Assembly (NCBI GenBank): GCA_002633005.1
Contig: NMRA01000385.1
Span: 366,530-430,529 of the forward strand
Length of the DNA: 64,000 nucleotides
From: Phoronis australis
Lineage: Eukaryota; Animalia; Phoronida
Direction of reading: 5' to 3'
Position 1 is the stretch's first letter, and every line of letters begins with the position of its first letter. Positions 1 through 13,186 of the stretch are shown here, piece by piece. The notes beneath the pieces were generated by a model that worked only from the letters and a program-made list of their open reading frames with translations, had not been told where the DNA came from and ran no database searches. Position numbers and translations under genes: made by a program.

Positions 1-197
1 TTACGAAATTCTGCGTTTCTAACCCTCACCTACTGTAAAAAGATTTAAAAACTAAATTTTACACTCTGTTATCAAAAGAATTGTAGAATATGTTAGCCTA
101 GGCAACACAGCAAATTATTCAATATCTAAACAAACCAAAAGTTTGGATATTGACAGGGTTCTGCTATGGTGAAAATGGGCCAAAAAGGCCAACAAAA

Positions 198-1690
198 TGT
201 AGTGTACGTACACCCACGTGGAATTCAATAACACAAATTGTCATTGCAAATGAAATTATTGCTTTTAGATAACAACATGGTGCTTATTATCACCAAAGAA
301 AAATAAATGGCCATACAACATTATGTTACCATGTGATGCAGAAACAGTGATGTAGTGTACGTACCCCCTTTTGTAGTGTACGTACCCCCATGTTTACAAA
401 TGCCATGAAATTAAAATAACACTTGGTAAGTGAGCAACATTGGTAGTGGACAGTTTCCTTCCTTAAAACTATTAGGTTAAAAGGGTGTTTATTGCAAATA
501 CATTTGTTTTGAGCGAAATATTAGCCTTTGTGTAGTGTACGTACACCCATATTTTAATTTGTGCCTATTTTCAAAGTATGGCAAATATGCGCATGAATGC
601 TGTGCTTTTTACTTTTTATCGTTGAATTGATTTAGTAAATCAGTAGATTCTTAGTATTTATTTATGAACCTAGCATGTCATTGAAATGTAGTGTACGTAC
701 CCCGATGTGAACAAATACCAAGAAACAAAAATATTACGCGGTAAGTATGCAACATTTGTCACACACAGTTTTCTCCATTAAAAATGCTAGGTTATAAGGG
801 TGTTAATTACAAATGCATTTGTTTTGAGTAAAATATTAGCATTTGTGTAGTGTACATACCGCTATGTTTTAACATGTGCCTGTTTTCAAAGAATAACAGA
901 CAGATATACACATATATGCTGTACTTTTTGTTTGTTCTCTTTGAATAAATTTGGTAAGTGAACTAACTCTCAGTAGATTCTAAGTATTTTTATATACCTG
1001 ACAAGTCACTGAAATCCAGTTTAGGTACCCCTGTGTAGTGTACGTACCTTCAACCTCTGTGCTATAAAGTATTGCCACAAGTATTTTTATTACATAACTG
1101 CTGTTCTCATAAACAGTACTCATATTTCCAAAATGCATCCAGTCTGACATTCTGGAAGACATGTCATGTGACAACTGATGTTGCAGAGGCAGGTTCTCTA
1201 TCTCTCATGACAACTTCCAACAAAACAACTAGTAGAGGCAGCACAAAACTCAAGATCACCGCATACATTTGTAACTTAGTCAAAATTTGACGTTCATTGA
1301 CTGTGCGTAGAGTACGTACCCCCCAACCAGTACCATTTTTTGCTGTTCACAAGTTAAACATTGGGCCTAACATTGCTTTAACTATTTTGAATAACTGGTG
1401 AATGTGTTGAAAACTAGGCAAATAGTCCAATAAAAGTTTTTGAAAAAAGTAGTCCTGTCATTTTCTTTTTGTAAGAATCATATTGCAAGAGAAGAAGTTC
1501 TCATTATACTGTGTTAAGACATGCAATGTATCACCATCTAGAACAACTTGATCAGCACGGTAAAAACTTTTCTTACTTTAGTATGTGATACTTCTTCAAT
1601 TTGATCAAGAACTTACTAAATTAACAGCTACCTTATGAATTTTTGCATGATAGAAGTGGGCTGTGACCACAATTTGTAGTGTGCGTACCC
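198..1690 (+). repeat. Array of nine same-orientation TGTAGTGTACGTACC(C) motifs, including a ~315-bp tandem duplication
   Basis: Copies start at 198, 351, 372, 531, 687, 846, 1034, 1306 and 1675; 372-686 aligns by eye with 687-~1000. Confidence 0.85.
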
Positions 1691-2871
1691 TTTTAATAGG
1701 ACATAAAATTTTATTCGGTGGTTCTTGTGCAAAAATATTTTAGATTACAAACCTGGAATGATGGTACTTCAAAATAACCTAGCTTTTACAGTTTTATGAC
1801 AACCTTCATTTTTCACCAAAAGTGGCCACCGAATATGGACCTTGATTGTGTTTTGCACGCACGTAATTTGTAAACACTGATAAATTCATACTTTAACGAC
1901 GTTCGACGTGCAATAAAATTACTGCGTGATTGAAAATGGCTAAAATACGTAAACTAACATCCACTTAGAATCGAATGAGAATGAAAATGTGCGTTTTAAT
2001 CAATATTGAAGTGCATTTGCTTTCATCCATTTGAAGCTCTCTTCAAAAACCATTCGATGGTTTTGTTTCATGATTGAGTTCTTAATAAGGCAAATTCCCG
2101 TTCCTCATAACTTTTCATACCTCCATGGACTACATAATTTTAGTGATTACTCCTGGGGGTTCAGGGGGGAGTTGCCCCCAAGTGCCAGCAAAGAGGTACA
2201 AGGGAGGAGTGCAAACCAGGTGCCGGGCGCCAAATGGGTGTTGACCCCACCCAGGAGGGTATATGGGAGGAGTTCTAAACAGGTAAAACCAATGGGGTAT
2301 GCCACATGAGTGTTGAGCCCCTCCCATCGTCACAAATTTTGGTTGTTTCCCTGACCATTGACAACATGTGCTGAGGTGGTGATAAGATTTGCGGCCCTCG
2401 TTTTGAGCGTGACCCCAAGGACATTTGCTTGTAATGACTGGTGGCCATCATGCCCCAGTACCATCCTGGGTGTTTTCCAACTTTTCATTACAAAGTGCTT
2501 CCAGCTCACTGCGCGTTTCATGTCCACCTAAGGCAATTTTGAATGTGTTCCCTATTGCATACACCAGGCTGCTACCAGTGCAGACAATTGGTTTGTGCAG
2601 TAGGTGTAACACAAGTTAGAAATAGAAAGGAAGACAATACATCACTACCACAACACTGTATTCCATTATGATGCTCCCTCACGTATAATGTTAGTAGACG
2701 TACATTGACAACAAAGTATCTGCAGAAGGCAAGGCCTAGCCTGTGCAGTAGCCTGCACTGCAGACGATAGCGGCACCGGGACTGCGATCGAGTTGTCTTC
2801 CAACCGTGAACAAAATAAACAAAATGAAAGTCAATGTATCATATATTAATTGAATAACAAATAATCCTTAC

Positions 2872-2965
2872 ATTTCTGGATCTTTTGGAAACGTAAAAAT
2901 GACACGTTTGGGGTTTTCGTGGATGAATTAGTGCCATTTATCGCAGTGCAAAATGCGCCCTCCCC
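2872..2965 (-). pseudogene. Degenerate THAP zinc-finger first exon (transposon-derived)
   Basis: Reverse strand reads FCTAINGTNSSTKTPNVSF-(frameshift)-TFPKDPE followed by a gtaagg donor; C..C...FPKD is the THAP N-terminal pattern. Confidence 0.5.
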
Positions 2966-3087
2966 TATTGTTCTCGCGCTTCCTACTTGACCGTTTCTTA
3001 TTCACCACTTGTGGCGCTAGTAATAGCGATAACAGCGAACTCACGACTGAACTCCAGCTGGAACCTTGCGTGCCGTTAGGTGGCCAG

Positions 3088-3500
3088 TAGCCAGCACGCA
3101 GATATCACTTAATTTTCCACGGGAAATTTGTTGCATAAAATTTATGTTCAGGAAATGTGAATCCTAAAAATTGTGGTTGCGCCTTTTCGCAATGCATCTT
3201 TCTACTGTCGTCGGATGACTTTTGTTTACGATACTGTCCTGTATTCATACAGTATGAATAACACAGCGGTTAAATCGGCCAGATATGTGTTTAATGTACA
3301 TGTAAGTGCTTCAAGCACGCGGCTATTAAACATCACTTCAGAAACGAAATAGTTGCTGCGACGCCACTTGTTTGACAATGCTAAAAATCGTTCACAGTCC
3401 GCCATTTTTTTCACGGTGTTGTAAAGCTAACCAATGACTGCTGAGGTTACATCAACCAATGCTAAAGCGCGTGCCACTGCGTGAACCTGCGTGCTGGCCA
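3088..3500. mobile_element. Possible MITE with ~13-bp terminal inverted repeats
   Basis: tagccagcacgcag (3088-3101) versus ctgcgtgctggcca (3487-3500). Confidence 0.4.
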
Positions 3501-3879
3501 GGCACTTAGGGGACCAGCGACAAGTGAACTCTCCTATTATATACTACACTCTTTGCTTCCAGTACTTCTGGAAGTACAGTTGTGTGTAAATTTCGTTCTG
3601 ATCTGACGAAATTGGCAACGTGTATAATGCAAACAAGCAAAAAATTAGTGTCGCCAGGTAACAAAAACCAACAAAAGTGCAGCAAAACTCAAACAACAAA
3701 AGAGCAGCGTCAATGGAAAATACCGAATAATTAAAAAAGAGACCTCCTAGCGAAAAATAGAAAACATATTCTGGAAGCCTGTTCAAAACTTTATCCAACA
3801 AAGCAGTTTCACAAAATTTCACATTTTCGAAAAATTTCAAATTTTGCAATTTTCACATTTAACCTTTTTACACAACATA

Positions 3880-4140
3880 GCTATTGTTTAACAAAAGGAT
3901 AGGTTTCAGAGACGTCTCTGTGACAGATTGAGAGAACATCACACTTCAGACAAAAGCTGAATAAAATGCAGAGTTCAGTGACCCAACAGCTATGGTGATG
4001 ACTTGTTTACTATTTCCTGTTTCCGTTTCATTGTTGCACTCATTTCACTTCATGGATGTAACCTGACCTGTATGTCGACACTTGATGTCTGATTGTTTGT
4101 ATTCTGGTGATGTCTAATGAATGGACGAAACGTCCAATTA
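3880..4140 (+). mobile_element. Degenerate Penelope-like remnant ending in a minimal hammerhead-like motif
   Basis: RRLCDRLREH-like GIY-YIG fragment near 3908-3940; CTGGTGA-TGTCTA-atgaa-TGGAC-GAAAC-GTC at 4104-4134. Confidence 0.4.
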
Positions 4141-5021
4141 ATATGAATTAACTTTTTCATTTTTGCGGCGATTGTTCGTTTTTTGATTCCATCATGGCCA
4201 AAAAATGACGTAATTACCTTTGAAACTGGGCTTCAATTACATGTAGCAAGCACATAATATGTAAATCTGAAGTGGCATTCTCAATATTTAAGTTTGCACT
4301 CAACGGCCTTTTACCTATTTTATCTGATTGGACGGCCTGATTGCTTAGAAAAATGGTGTAAATGTTTCTTTTTGGTGCATCATAAACCTTTGTAGTGGAA
4401 TTATTGCAGTCCGTGGAAAGTGTGGTTAATGCTGGCAACGTACCACAGGTGCCTAGCTGTTGATACATCGGAATACATGTTGAATGAATTGGTTAAAATT
4501 TCAGAAGTACAATACACTTAATGACCCCGTGCTGATACGCGGAGTATAACTATTGGCCGTCCAAATAGGTCATGGCGATTTCAAGAGAAATGGATGCGGT
4601 GGACATTCCACTCTCAGACAATTGTTTCAAGCTCAGAAAATTGATGACGTGGTGAGCAATTAGCAAAAATAGTTCCATAACCAAATCTGACTCAAACTTA
4701 ATGTTAGGCATCCTGTATAGAATTTAAAGGGGCGCTCTACTGTTATATGGGATTCGATTTGTGTTCCTTGGAAACGACCACGGAGTGTGCCAAAATGCCA
4801 TCTACGGTCCCGCCAGCCACCACAGATGGCTCCGTAGTCAACAAATCCCCACATTGACGTCAAATGTGTGTCAGACCGTGTGACAGTGGGTTGTTGTGTG
4901 CATAATTGTTACGAATATAAAACGTAGAGAAAATCAAACAATATTCCACAGGTTTCCAAATGACCCAGGAGTGCTTCAAGTGCTTAAAAATATTTTTGAA
5001 AATGTATTATGGTAAATAACT

Positions 5022-5295
5022 GCGGATTGAAAATCCATAATTACAGATTGCCGATCCATTAAAAGAAATGTATATCAGTAATAACGGATTGGCAATACAT
5101 AATAATTGGTTGCGACTCTGTACTTACAGATTGCCAATCCGTAGTAAAGGATTGCAAATACGTAGTTACAGATTGACAATCCGTACTTACAGACTAGCAA
5201 TCCGTAAGAACAGCTGGAATGGTCATTGAAACATATCACAAATCCTTAATTAAACACCAGTAATTCGTAATAGCAGATTTCTTGACAATCCATAA
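5022..5295. repeat. Degenerate ~21-bp minisatellite with self-complementary units (ttacggattg.caatccgta-like)
   Basis: e.g. tacttacagattgccaatccg tagtaaaggattgcaaatacg tagttacagattgacaatccg tacttacagactagcaatccg. Confidence 0.75.
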
Positions 5296-8200
5296 CACAA
5301 TCGATTTTTTTTTCTGGCATTAATGGTCCTTCGTACTTTTTGGATGTAAAGAATGAATTCTTTCCACAACTGCACCTACGTCATCATGAAAAAATTGGAA
5401 ACAATAGCATGCAATTACTCAATTTAAAAATTAAGGTCGTTAACATAAAAGGGCGATTGAATATGACATAGCATCTGTCTCTTCACTCACAGAAAATGTG
5501 GACGATGAGCTAGCCTGTCGAATTGTAAATATGTTCTTTCTGTGATTTTTCTGAAATTTGATGTTTCTTGTATAGCAGAATCAGTCTTACCACGTAAACA
5601 AAACTATGAAGAAAATTCACCTCAAACAAATAACTTTCGACATCACAGATCAGAATTCCAGTGTCATTCATATTGATCATTTCAAAGTCCACAGTTTATC
5701 CTCTATTCAGCAATTATCTTATTGTTTTTTTTTCATTAAAACGTAGGCTATGCAGATTACCCTCGTGATCCACTACAACACGTTGGTTTTTATAATGACA
5801 GAACAGTCGTGTGGGAGGTAGGTTACATACGAGCTTCAAGCGGCAACACACAGCCGTGTGCACAATTTTTGTTGCTTCTGTCAACATGGTGTCTGCAACC
5901 AGATACGATTTTCTCTGCCTTGCTTTTTCCAAAAAGACATCTGAGTTATTGAACACATTCCTACGAGTGAACTTAATAATCTGTGCACGTTTTCACTGCA
6001 TGCGGGTTAAATTAAATTAATTATTTCCACCTAATAATATGTAGAAGATTTAGCATAGGTTATGTAACGACAGTTAATAAACATGATCATTTCTACTTTA
6101 TCAAAGTCTCCAATCGGACAATATCCTATCGCTCAAGGAAAACTGAAGTCAGCAGTTTATAAAAGTTGTGATTCGTTTGACTTTGATGTTAATGCGTATA
6201 AGCTGTCTAGATCACAAAATCACTGTGTTTGGATTGAAGTAGAAAAGAAAGCGTCAAAATCAGTTTCAAGTTCAATTTCGAGTACAAAGATTGGACCCCG
6301 GCCCCACATGTGCCTAAACAAGCTCGTTACGTTTACACCTTTGTACTCACATCAGTTATAATCTACATGTAGTTTGGAAGTAGAGTTAACCATTCAACTT
6401 ATTATCAAAACTGTTGGTAACAATTTTCCTAATTATCATGTCTGCTCTCCACCTTTTTCATACAAATACAATTCAAACAATCGTTTCCTACAGCCACAGA
6501 TCCGCATTAGTGAGTTAAACCGTCTTAGAGGCATCAAGGGCTTGAACACATATAAACATTGCAACTTTTTTAGGTTGAAAAAAGTTTGAAATATTTGCTG
6601 TCTTGCGTGCAATTATAATTTCGATTGCATTTATTTAAATATATGCAATCTGGATTAGTATTGAAATAATAATCAAAGTACTCATAATTCATGTCGCTCC
6701 ACATCTACTAGTCATCTAATCATGTCTTAAATCAACTCGTTTTCACTTCAGAGGCATCTCAGATTTGAAGACATTTTAAAATTTTTAAGTTGATCATGTT
6801 TTCCTCTATTTAATTTTTTAGAGTAATTCTAATTCAGATTGCATATATTAATTATTATAATCCATGCAAGTTTTAAAGCCAGTTTTAAAGTAAGAGTCCT
6901 TATATCAGAGTCATTTATAAAAACTATTCTCGCTTTGGTTCAGTTTTCTGGGATGAAACATAGGTCTCATAAAGAAAAGACACAATAAGAAAAGGCTTGG
7001 TTCTCGCCTCCTGTAACATCTTAAGGAAAACCTTGTCATACCAAGGAGCCTTCCAAGACACAAGAGGTCACGTGAATAGAACAGAGAGCGATTCTTTTGC
7101 TAGGTAGTTAGGTTTCTAAGGTAGGACAAATTTCTTTAAAGCCTTCCTTGATAAAATTGTCAAGCGAAGCCACATCTCATGGGAACTACTACCCTGACCA
7201 TGTAACACGAAGTTAACGAGCAGAGGATGACAGTTCATCAAACCGGAAAAGACGAAACAATCTAACAGGTGTAGAAATCCGAGGAAAGTAGCATCCCTCT
7301 ACGGCAAGTGTAAACAGTGTAGACACTTCCGATAGTCGAAATAGAGTGCTACCTAGCCGAACGGAAATCGGAATACGTTCACCTGCTTTATTTCTATCGA
7401 GACATCGATTCGATTTTTAGGCACGACAGGTCGTTCTGGAACATCTGTCTATTCATCCGACAGCCTTTACGGCTTCGTTACTACGCAACTAATCAAAATG
7501 CGTAGAGTTGTTAAAACCGTACAACAGTAGTGCGGGTGACCTGTTCTTCGTCTAAAATATAATTAACGACATTTTAATTTCAATACCCAACTAACAAAGC
7601 ACTGAGTTTCCCACATAGTTTGTTGTTCTATTCAGCTTGCTTTTTTTGTAAACAAACATTAATGACACGGAGGTAAATTAGCTGTATAGGTCATCGTGGA
7701 CTGTTTTATTCAGCTTAGTTTGCCTATTTGTTCAATCAGAATTTTTTGTGCATGACACAGGTATTAGCTCGCTCTATGAAGGTACATAAATGTCTCATAA
7801 GGTCTCACGCCGAGATATTTTCGCAGTAAGTCACATCACAGTATACATATATAGGAACTGAATAAGAGCGTTATAGATTACATCTGTGATCAATGTTCTC
7901 AAATGGATTTAAGTTGAGCCCAGTGGTAAATGCCGAATGCTGCTAATCGCAACGTTCAGCTAAATACCAAAGAGGAGACCTCCTTGTGTGGTGTGTGGGT
8001 TACTTTATGAATAGTAAGAGCATAGTTAAATAACAATATCCGTAAAGTGGCAAAATTAAAACTGCAGTGGGAACTAGACTGAAAATGAGACAATGGTGAC
8101 TAATAATTTTACAGGCTGTGCCCTCTTTTAAGCTTTTAAAAAGTTGTGTAGTTACAGTTGATTCGCCAATCAATCACAAAATAGCCAATTGAGCTCGATA

Positions 8201-8996
8201 TTTGAGCACGGTGAGGTATCAACTGAGCGTTTTCTGTTGGTCAGCAACACTCAGAAAGTCTAGGGAGACAACTGGTGTAAATAGGAACTATGCTATAGAA
8301 AAAAAAATCGTTCGCGTACGGCGTACATGCGGGATATTTAAGCCTATATGCCGATCTGTGACGCTGTGCCTGAACCCAACTTCAGGCGCACGTTACTCTT
8401 AATAGAAGGTGGGCCAGGATTTGTAGGGCTCTAGAAAATGGTTTTTGTGAGTACTTTAGGGGGTCAATTTGATTTTAGTGTTTTTCAATTCATTTACTAG
8501 AATGTTTTCAAAATCTAAAAAGTTCCCACATATAAAGTTGCACATTTTTGAGAAATTTGAGTTTGAAGTTACATAATGATCAGCAAAGAGCTTAGTGAAT
8601 TTATATTTGTACAAACAACAGTTTTGCTGTCTTTTTGTAAAACAAGCAATATGGTCCCATCAATATCATTGTATTGAACAATAGTACACTCACATTACAT
8701 GTTTCACTGTTGTAGACTAATTGTAAACAGTGAAATTTAAAAATTGTGAACCTGGTGGCAGAAATACGAACTAAGTCTGAACGTTACTAGGAGGATATTC
8801 TGCCGTTGTCTGGCAGCAAAAATAACACAGAACACTTGAGACTGGGCAACATTTGTGCATAAATGACTGAACCATTGACTAATGGTGTAAAATGTAGCTT
8901 GTTTGCATAATACACTAGAAATATGTTAGACGAAAACAAAATACCATAGTTCAATGATCTCTGTGAATGCATTTGCGCACAGACTGTATGAAAAAT

Positions 8997-9878
8997 ATAG
9001 ATTATTACATGGCGAAGTCGTTATCCCCCGTTATCTAGAACCCGAGTGGATTTTGGAGAATTATCGCCCGAGGGGCATTAGCCCCGAGGGTGATAATTCT
9101 CCAAAATCCACGAGGGCTCTAGATAAGGGGGATAACGGCTGAGAACATGTAATAATCTATTTATACCACATACTAAACGAGAAACATTGCAATGAATCGA
9201 TCTACCTTTCTCGACTCGCCTCGCCTCGGCTTTGTAACTACTTTCAATGTCAGAGGCCCGGGGTCGGAGGTCGTGACCTTTTAAGAAATGCCGAGCTATT
9301 TTTGTCAAATAATGCTTATACTCAAAACCAATTGGAAATTTAAACAAAATAGAAATGAAGTGAATCTCTAAATTAAAGTTAAGTAACTATTATAGCTTAA
9401 AACACGTTTTTTACACGCTAAGCTTCGACCGGGAAATTATCGTCTGCTAAAGTAGGTTACCACTGGTAACTGAATATAATTCTCAAGTCAAAGATCCTGA
9501 CGACACGATACCCGCATTCAAACTGGAGATCGGTGATTTACAAGTAAGAGGACATGAGAGAAAAATTTCACTGAATTAAGATATCATTTTTATGGAAATT
9601 ATGTGTCTTATTTTTCGTAGCGTATAAGTACAGTACAATGCGGTTTGTTGAACGTGTGATTATTGCGCGTGCTCATTTAACTATTCTATTTTCACTCACA
9701 TCAGTCGCTGCGTGGTGTAGTGGTTAAGTCGGCGACCTGCAAATTCCAGGGTCCCGGGTTCGACTCCGCCCTCGGTTTCCCGACAAATCGTTATCTCACT
9801 AGTGAGATAACTTTATGGGTTATTACACGGTTGTATCTGCCATTTGACGCTAATATTGTGGTATAATAGTAGATTATT
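8997..9878 (+). mobile_element. Non-autonomous repeat, copy 1: ~160-bp terminal hairpin plus an internal tRNA-like segment (possibly Crypton-like)
   Basis: 8997-9160 is an imperfect palindrome. The right end tgtggtataa..tagattatt is inverted to 9149-9170. A closely similar copy lies at 25857-26985. Confidence 0.8.
9707..9778 (+). promoter_or_regulatory. tRNA-like Pol III internal promoter (A and B boxes) inside the repeat
   Basis: A box TGGTGTAGTGG at 9713, B box GGTTCGACTCC at 9757; anticodon stem does not pair, so it is not called a tRNA gene. Confidence 0.6.
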
Positions 9879-10019
9879 CTGACAGCGTTTAGCAAGCAGT
9901 ATGACACAAATACATGACAATGATCAAAGTATGTACTTTTTTACTAAATAAACAAATAAAATTCCCAGCTCACACTTTTTAATACAAAATTAAAATGAAA
10001 TAATGGAGTTACAGAAGTT

Positions 10020-11980
10020 GGTGGTCTATTCACGGTTGATATGTCAAAGAACTATCCAATTTTATGCAGTCAGCGTTGCTGATGTTACTACAGTTGTCAA
10101 AACTGCACATTTCTGGACAGTTTGACCCAGCGTTGCAGTAAAAACTCAGTTTCCCTGTACACATGTTCTTTTTGCACTTGCAGCATACATCATTTAGTAC
10201 TGTCAATGGAGCTGTGGGTATTGCCATCCATTTTAAGTGCAAAGCTCCACCACCAAGGAGCCAACATGGCCGATTAGAGAAGGTACAGCACTGCACACTG
10301 GTGATTGGCCTGTATGCAATGAAGGGTCAAACACCGAGTTCATGTTTGGAGGCAGGCAGGATTTGGGCAAACGTTTAATTCAAAATCTGTTACCATGGGC
10401 TATGTTACATAGTGTGTCAGCAAGTGATTCGTCACTCTTCACAATCTTTGCCTTTCTTTTTTACATATCATGATGATCTATGGTACTTGGCTGCTTAAGC
10501 CTAAAGGTCTTTATCTTTGGATTTCATTTGCATATTCAGGTCTCGGGACTGAGCAGTTGCTTGCGATACAAGTCCAACTGAAAAAACGCGAACTGTTAAC
10601 ATTAATTTTACATTTAACTACGAGTAAGTTGGCATGCGCATTTTCAGACGTACTTATAAAGAACTGATCCACCACCACCCTAACAAATTTAAATGCCGTC
10701 TGATCTGTCGCCTAAAAATGTTGACAGTCTAACCCTTAGATTAGTTAATGTGACTGAAAATAAGTCAGCTGATATGCGTCAGTGCAGTGATTCGAATTTA
10801 ATTTTTAATCAGATGCTCATACCATAGTTAATCGATTTACACTTAAGGTAATCAACGTTTGACAAATTACAACAGGGCCGCTGGCCACTTAGGCACTTCA
10901 ATTTAATCACCGTTGCAGCCTCCTTAGTAATTAATGTTTACGAAAAATTGAGAAGAGGTTCTTCCTGTCCCAGGCTTACGGAAGGGGATGACGGCCACCT
11001 GGGCGTGTTGATTGCAACCATCTACTCCATTTAACGTTCTCAAAAAAATTTGACTTAAAATGCTTAAAAGCACACTCACATATGATTATCCTCTGGCGCA
11101 AGCAGTGTCTATTTGGACAACTGAACGACGGAGTGTTCGAAAAACAGGATTGCATGAGTATTTGTTTACACTGTGAACAAATAAAAACATTAAGGGCCTT
11201 CTGAGGCAGTCCTCTACGTGGAAAAGGTACTTCTAAACTTATAGCAACATGACTGATGTTTTAATCAGTGTGATGCATAGCCGAAAAACATCCGGCATAC
11301 GGCAGACCTATGGTATGATCATCATCTCTCCTGGGTCAGTGGTATTGTCTAAGGCCTGGGCAGCCAAGGCGATGGACAAGTGAAAAAAACAACTGGTGAT
11401 AATACTGAACACACTTGGAAAACACTGGGATGTACCATTCAAAAACACATACCTGTTTTTTCAAAGCTATAAAATTGTTACTTCTTTCTGTTTCTTGAAT
11501 TGTGGTCCATAATATACTTTTCCTGCTAACAAATAATGCTCTCATGTTTCAGAATGTTTCTATCTTATTCAGGTTAATTGGGTGTTTAAGATTTTGGAAG
11601 TATAATTGATTTTCTTTGGAAATCTTGGATAACATCTGTGTCACTTTCAGCAACTTCAGCTTTAGTGCTACTGCTGGTGTCTTGAAACGTTGCTATGCGT
11701 TTCTATGTCCTTTCAAATTTTGTTTCGACACTTAGTCTTATATAGCAGTTTAGCAGGACATGTTATAAGCCAGTGAGGCAAAGCAGCTGTTTTCCTGCTC
11801 AAACGTTTGTGACATCTCTTCTTCTTTTCCATCTATACTGATCCACAGAGTTGCACAGTCCATCAGCTTTTGTCAGGATGCTTCTGTAAGCTTCTTCAGG
11901 TTCTGGTTATCGCAATTTAGTGCTGTTTGATAAGCCTTGAATTATACAAGCAACACACTCCATGGCAGCTGCCATATTGA
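10020..11980 (-). mobile_element. Degenerate Academ (AcademX-type) transposase remnant
   Basis: Reverse strand gives LPP..S...LHCIQANHQCAV, then W...LHLKWMAIPTAP..VL..VCCKCKKNMC...C...G..CPEMC...NCSN (XPG-like tail plus Cys8 finger) at 10030-10370. A possible N-terminal remnant lies near 11700-11970. Boundaries are approximate. Confidence 0.6.
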
Positions 11981-13150
11981 AGTTAAAAACTAGGTTGCCC
12001 CCCGCCCCTCCCCAAAGTACTGGCCCGCCGCCTATTCTGCGTAACACTTGAGCAAACAAGTTTTTGAAATACATGTACACATCAACTTTATCGATGAAGT
12101 TTTGCTCACTTCTACAATACTAAAGGTAAATGTTTAAGCGTTATCAATTTAACATTGAATATCTAACTGAAGTTAAAATGAATAAAAGGCAGACCAAACC
12201 TGCCAGTTTAAAGCATGTATGCACAAGATACGAGTCTATGCGTTTCAGTAAAGCTAAGCCACCTGCGCCAATTTTCGAAACACTCTACCACATTTGTTTT
12301 GAAAATGTGCATTGTTTTGGATATTGGGCATAAATCCGCGGAGATACGGTAAGAAAGTTTCAGTTGTGGAACTCGTGGCACTACTTTAGAAAGTAATATA
12401 CGCACGCACAAACGCACGCGAGCGCGTATATCGCTTGTTCGTTTTATTTTTGAGTCAATATGACAGCTGCGATCAAGCTTTTAATGTGAAAGTTTAGCAG
12501 GTCTTCACGTTCATTGTTTGCTTTGCTTGTCTTAACGTTGCTTTGAGAGAAGTTACTATTTTGCTGTATACAAATTATTAATACAGTATCAGCAAATGCA
12601 GACTATACCAGGTTATGCGATTTCTCTTAATCCTTTATACTATGCTGCCATGAATAAACATCACCATTTTTATTTACCGCCATGGTGATGTGGGCATTGC
12701 GATATACAATAGTCCACGTTTCACTATCATTTGATAAAGAACGGCCGTAGGATCGTGTCCTTTCGCTAGATAAACCGAGTGGAAATATTAAATGCTTTTT
12801 GATATGGTGGATAAGAACGAAACTCCGCCGTCATTTTGTGATGTGTCTTGGGAGGTGAGCTTTTCTTTCCTTTTGTGTGTGTGAAAACGTTGAATTTATT
12901 TTGCGCAAAAACTAATCTTACGCTTACAACGAACATTTCTTTAAGCACAGGAGAATAGAAGGCGTTAAAGACTCATTGGCTTACAACAAGCAAAGTAAAA
13001 CCCATCGTATAAGCGTTTCGTGAATTTTTCTAAAGTTCGCTAACATTTAACCACGAGATTTTATTGAACGATTTGACTGAGCATGGCAGCTCGAGTTGAA
13101 TGTAACCGTAGGCTCATATGTCTTTATTTTCAGTGGATTCAACCGCATTC

Positions 13151-13186
13151 ATGCTGGATGATATCGTGGAATCTTTTTCAATATCT
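13151..13186 (+). CDS. Candidate start-codon exon of the ABCC gene (MLDDIVESFSIS)
   Basis: Good acceptor tctttattttcag ending at 13133 and an ATG at 13151. Phase-0 GT donors at 13166 or 13187 would join exon 13325 in frame, but both are weak. A possible non-coding upstream exon ends at 12348 (CG|gtaaga). Confidence 0.3.

Noticed and set aside
198-1690. CRISPR array
   Set aside because: The repeat is only ~16 bp, spacers vary widely and partly duplicate each other, there are no cas genes, and the context is eukaryotic.
6880-7480. Minus-strand L2/CR1 ORF2 remnant (APWYDK-like)
   Set aside because: Too degenerate to support by eye; similar weak traces at 4520-4900 and 31100-31390 were also left uncalled.
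9707-9778. Functional tRNA gene (also 26819-26889 and 23051-23120)
   Set aside because: A and B boxes are present but the anticodon arm does not pair, and each lies inside a repeat.
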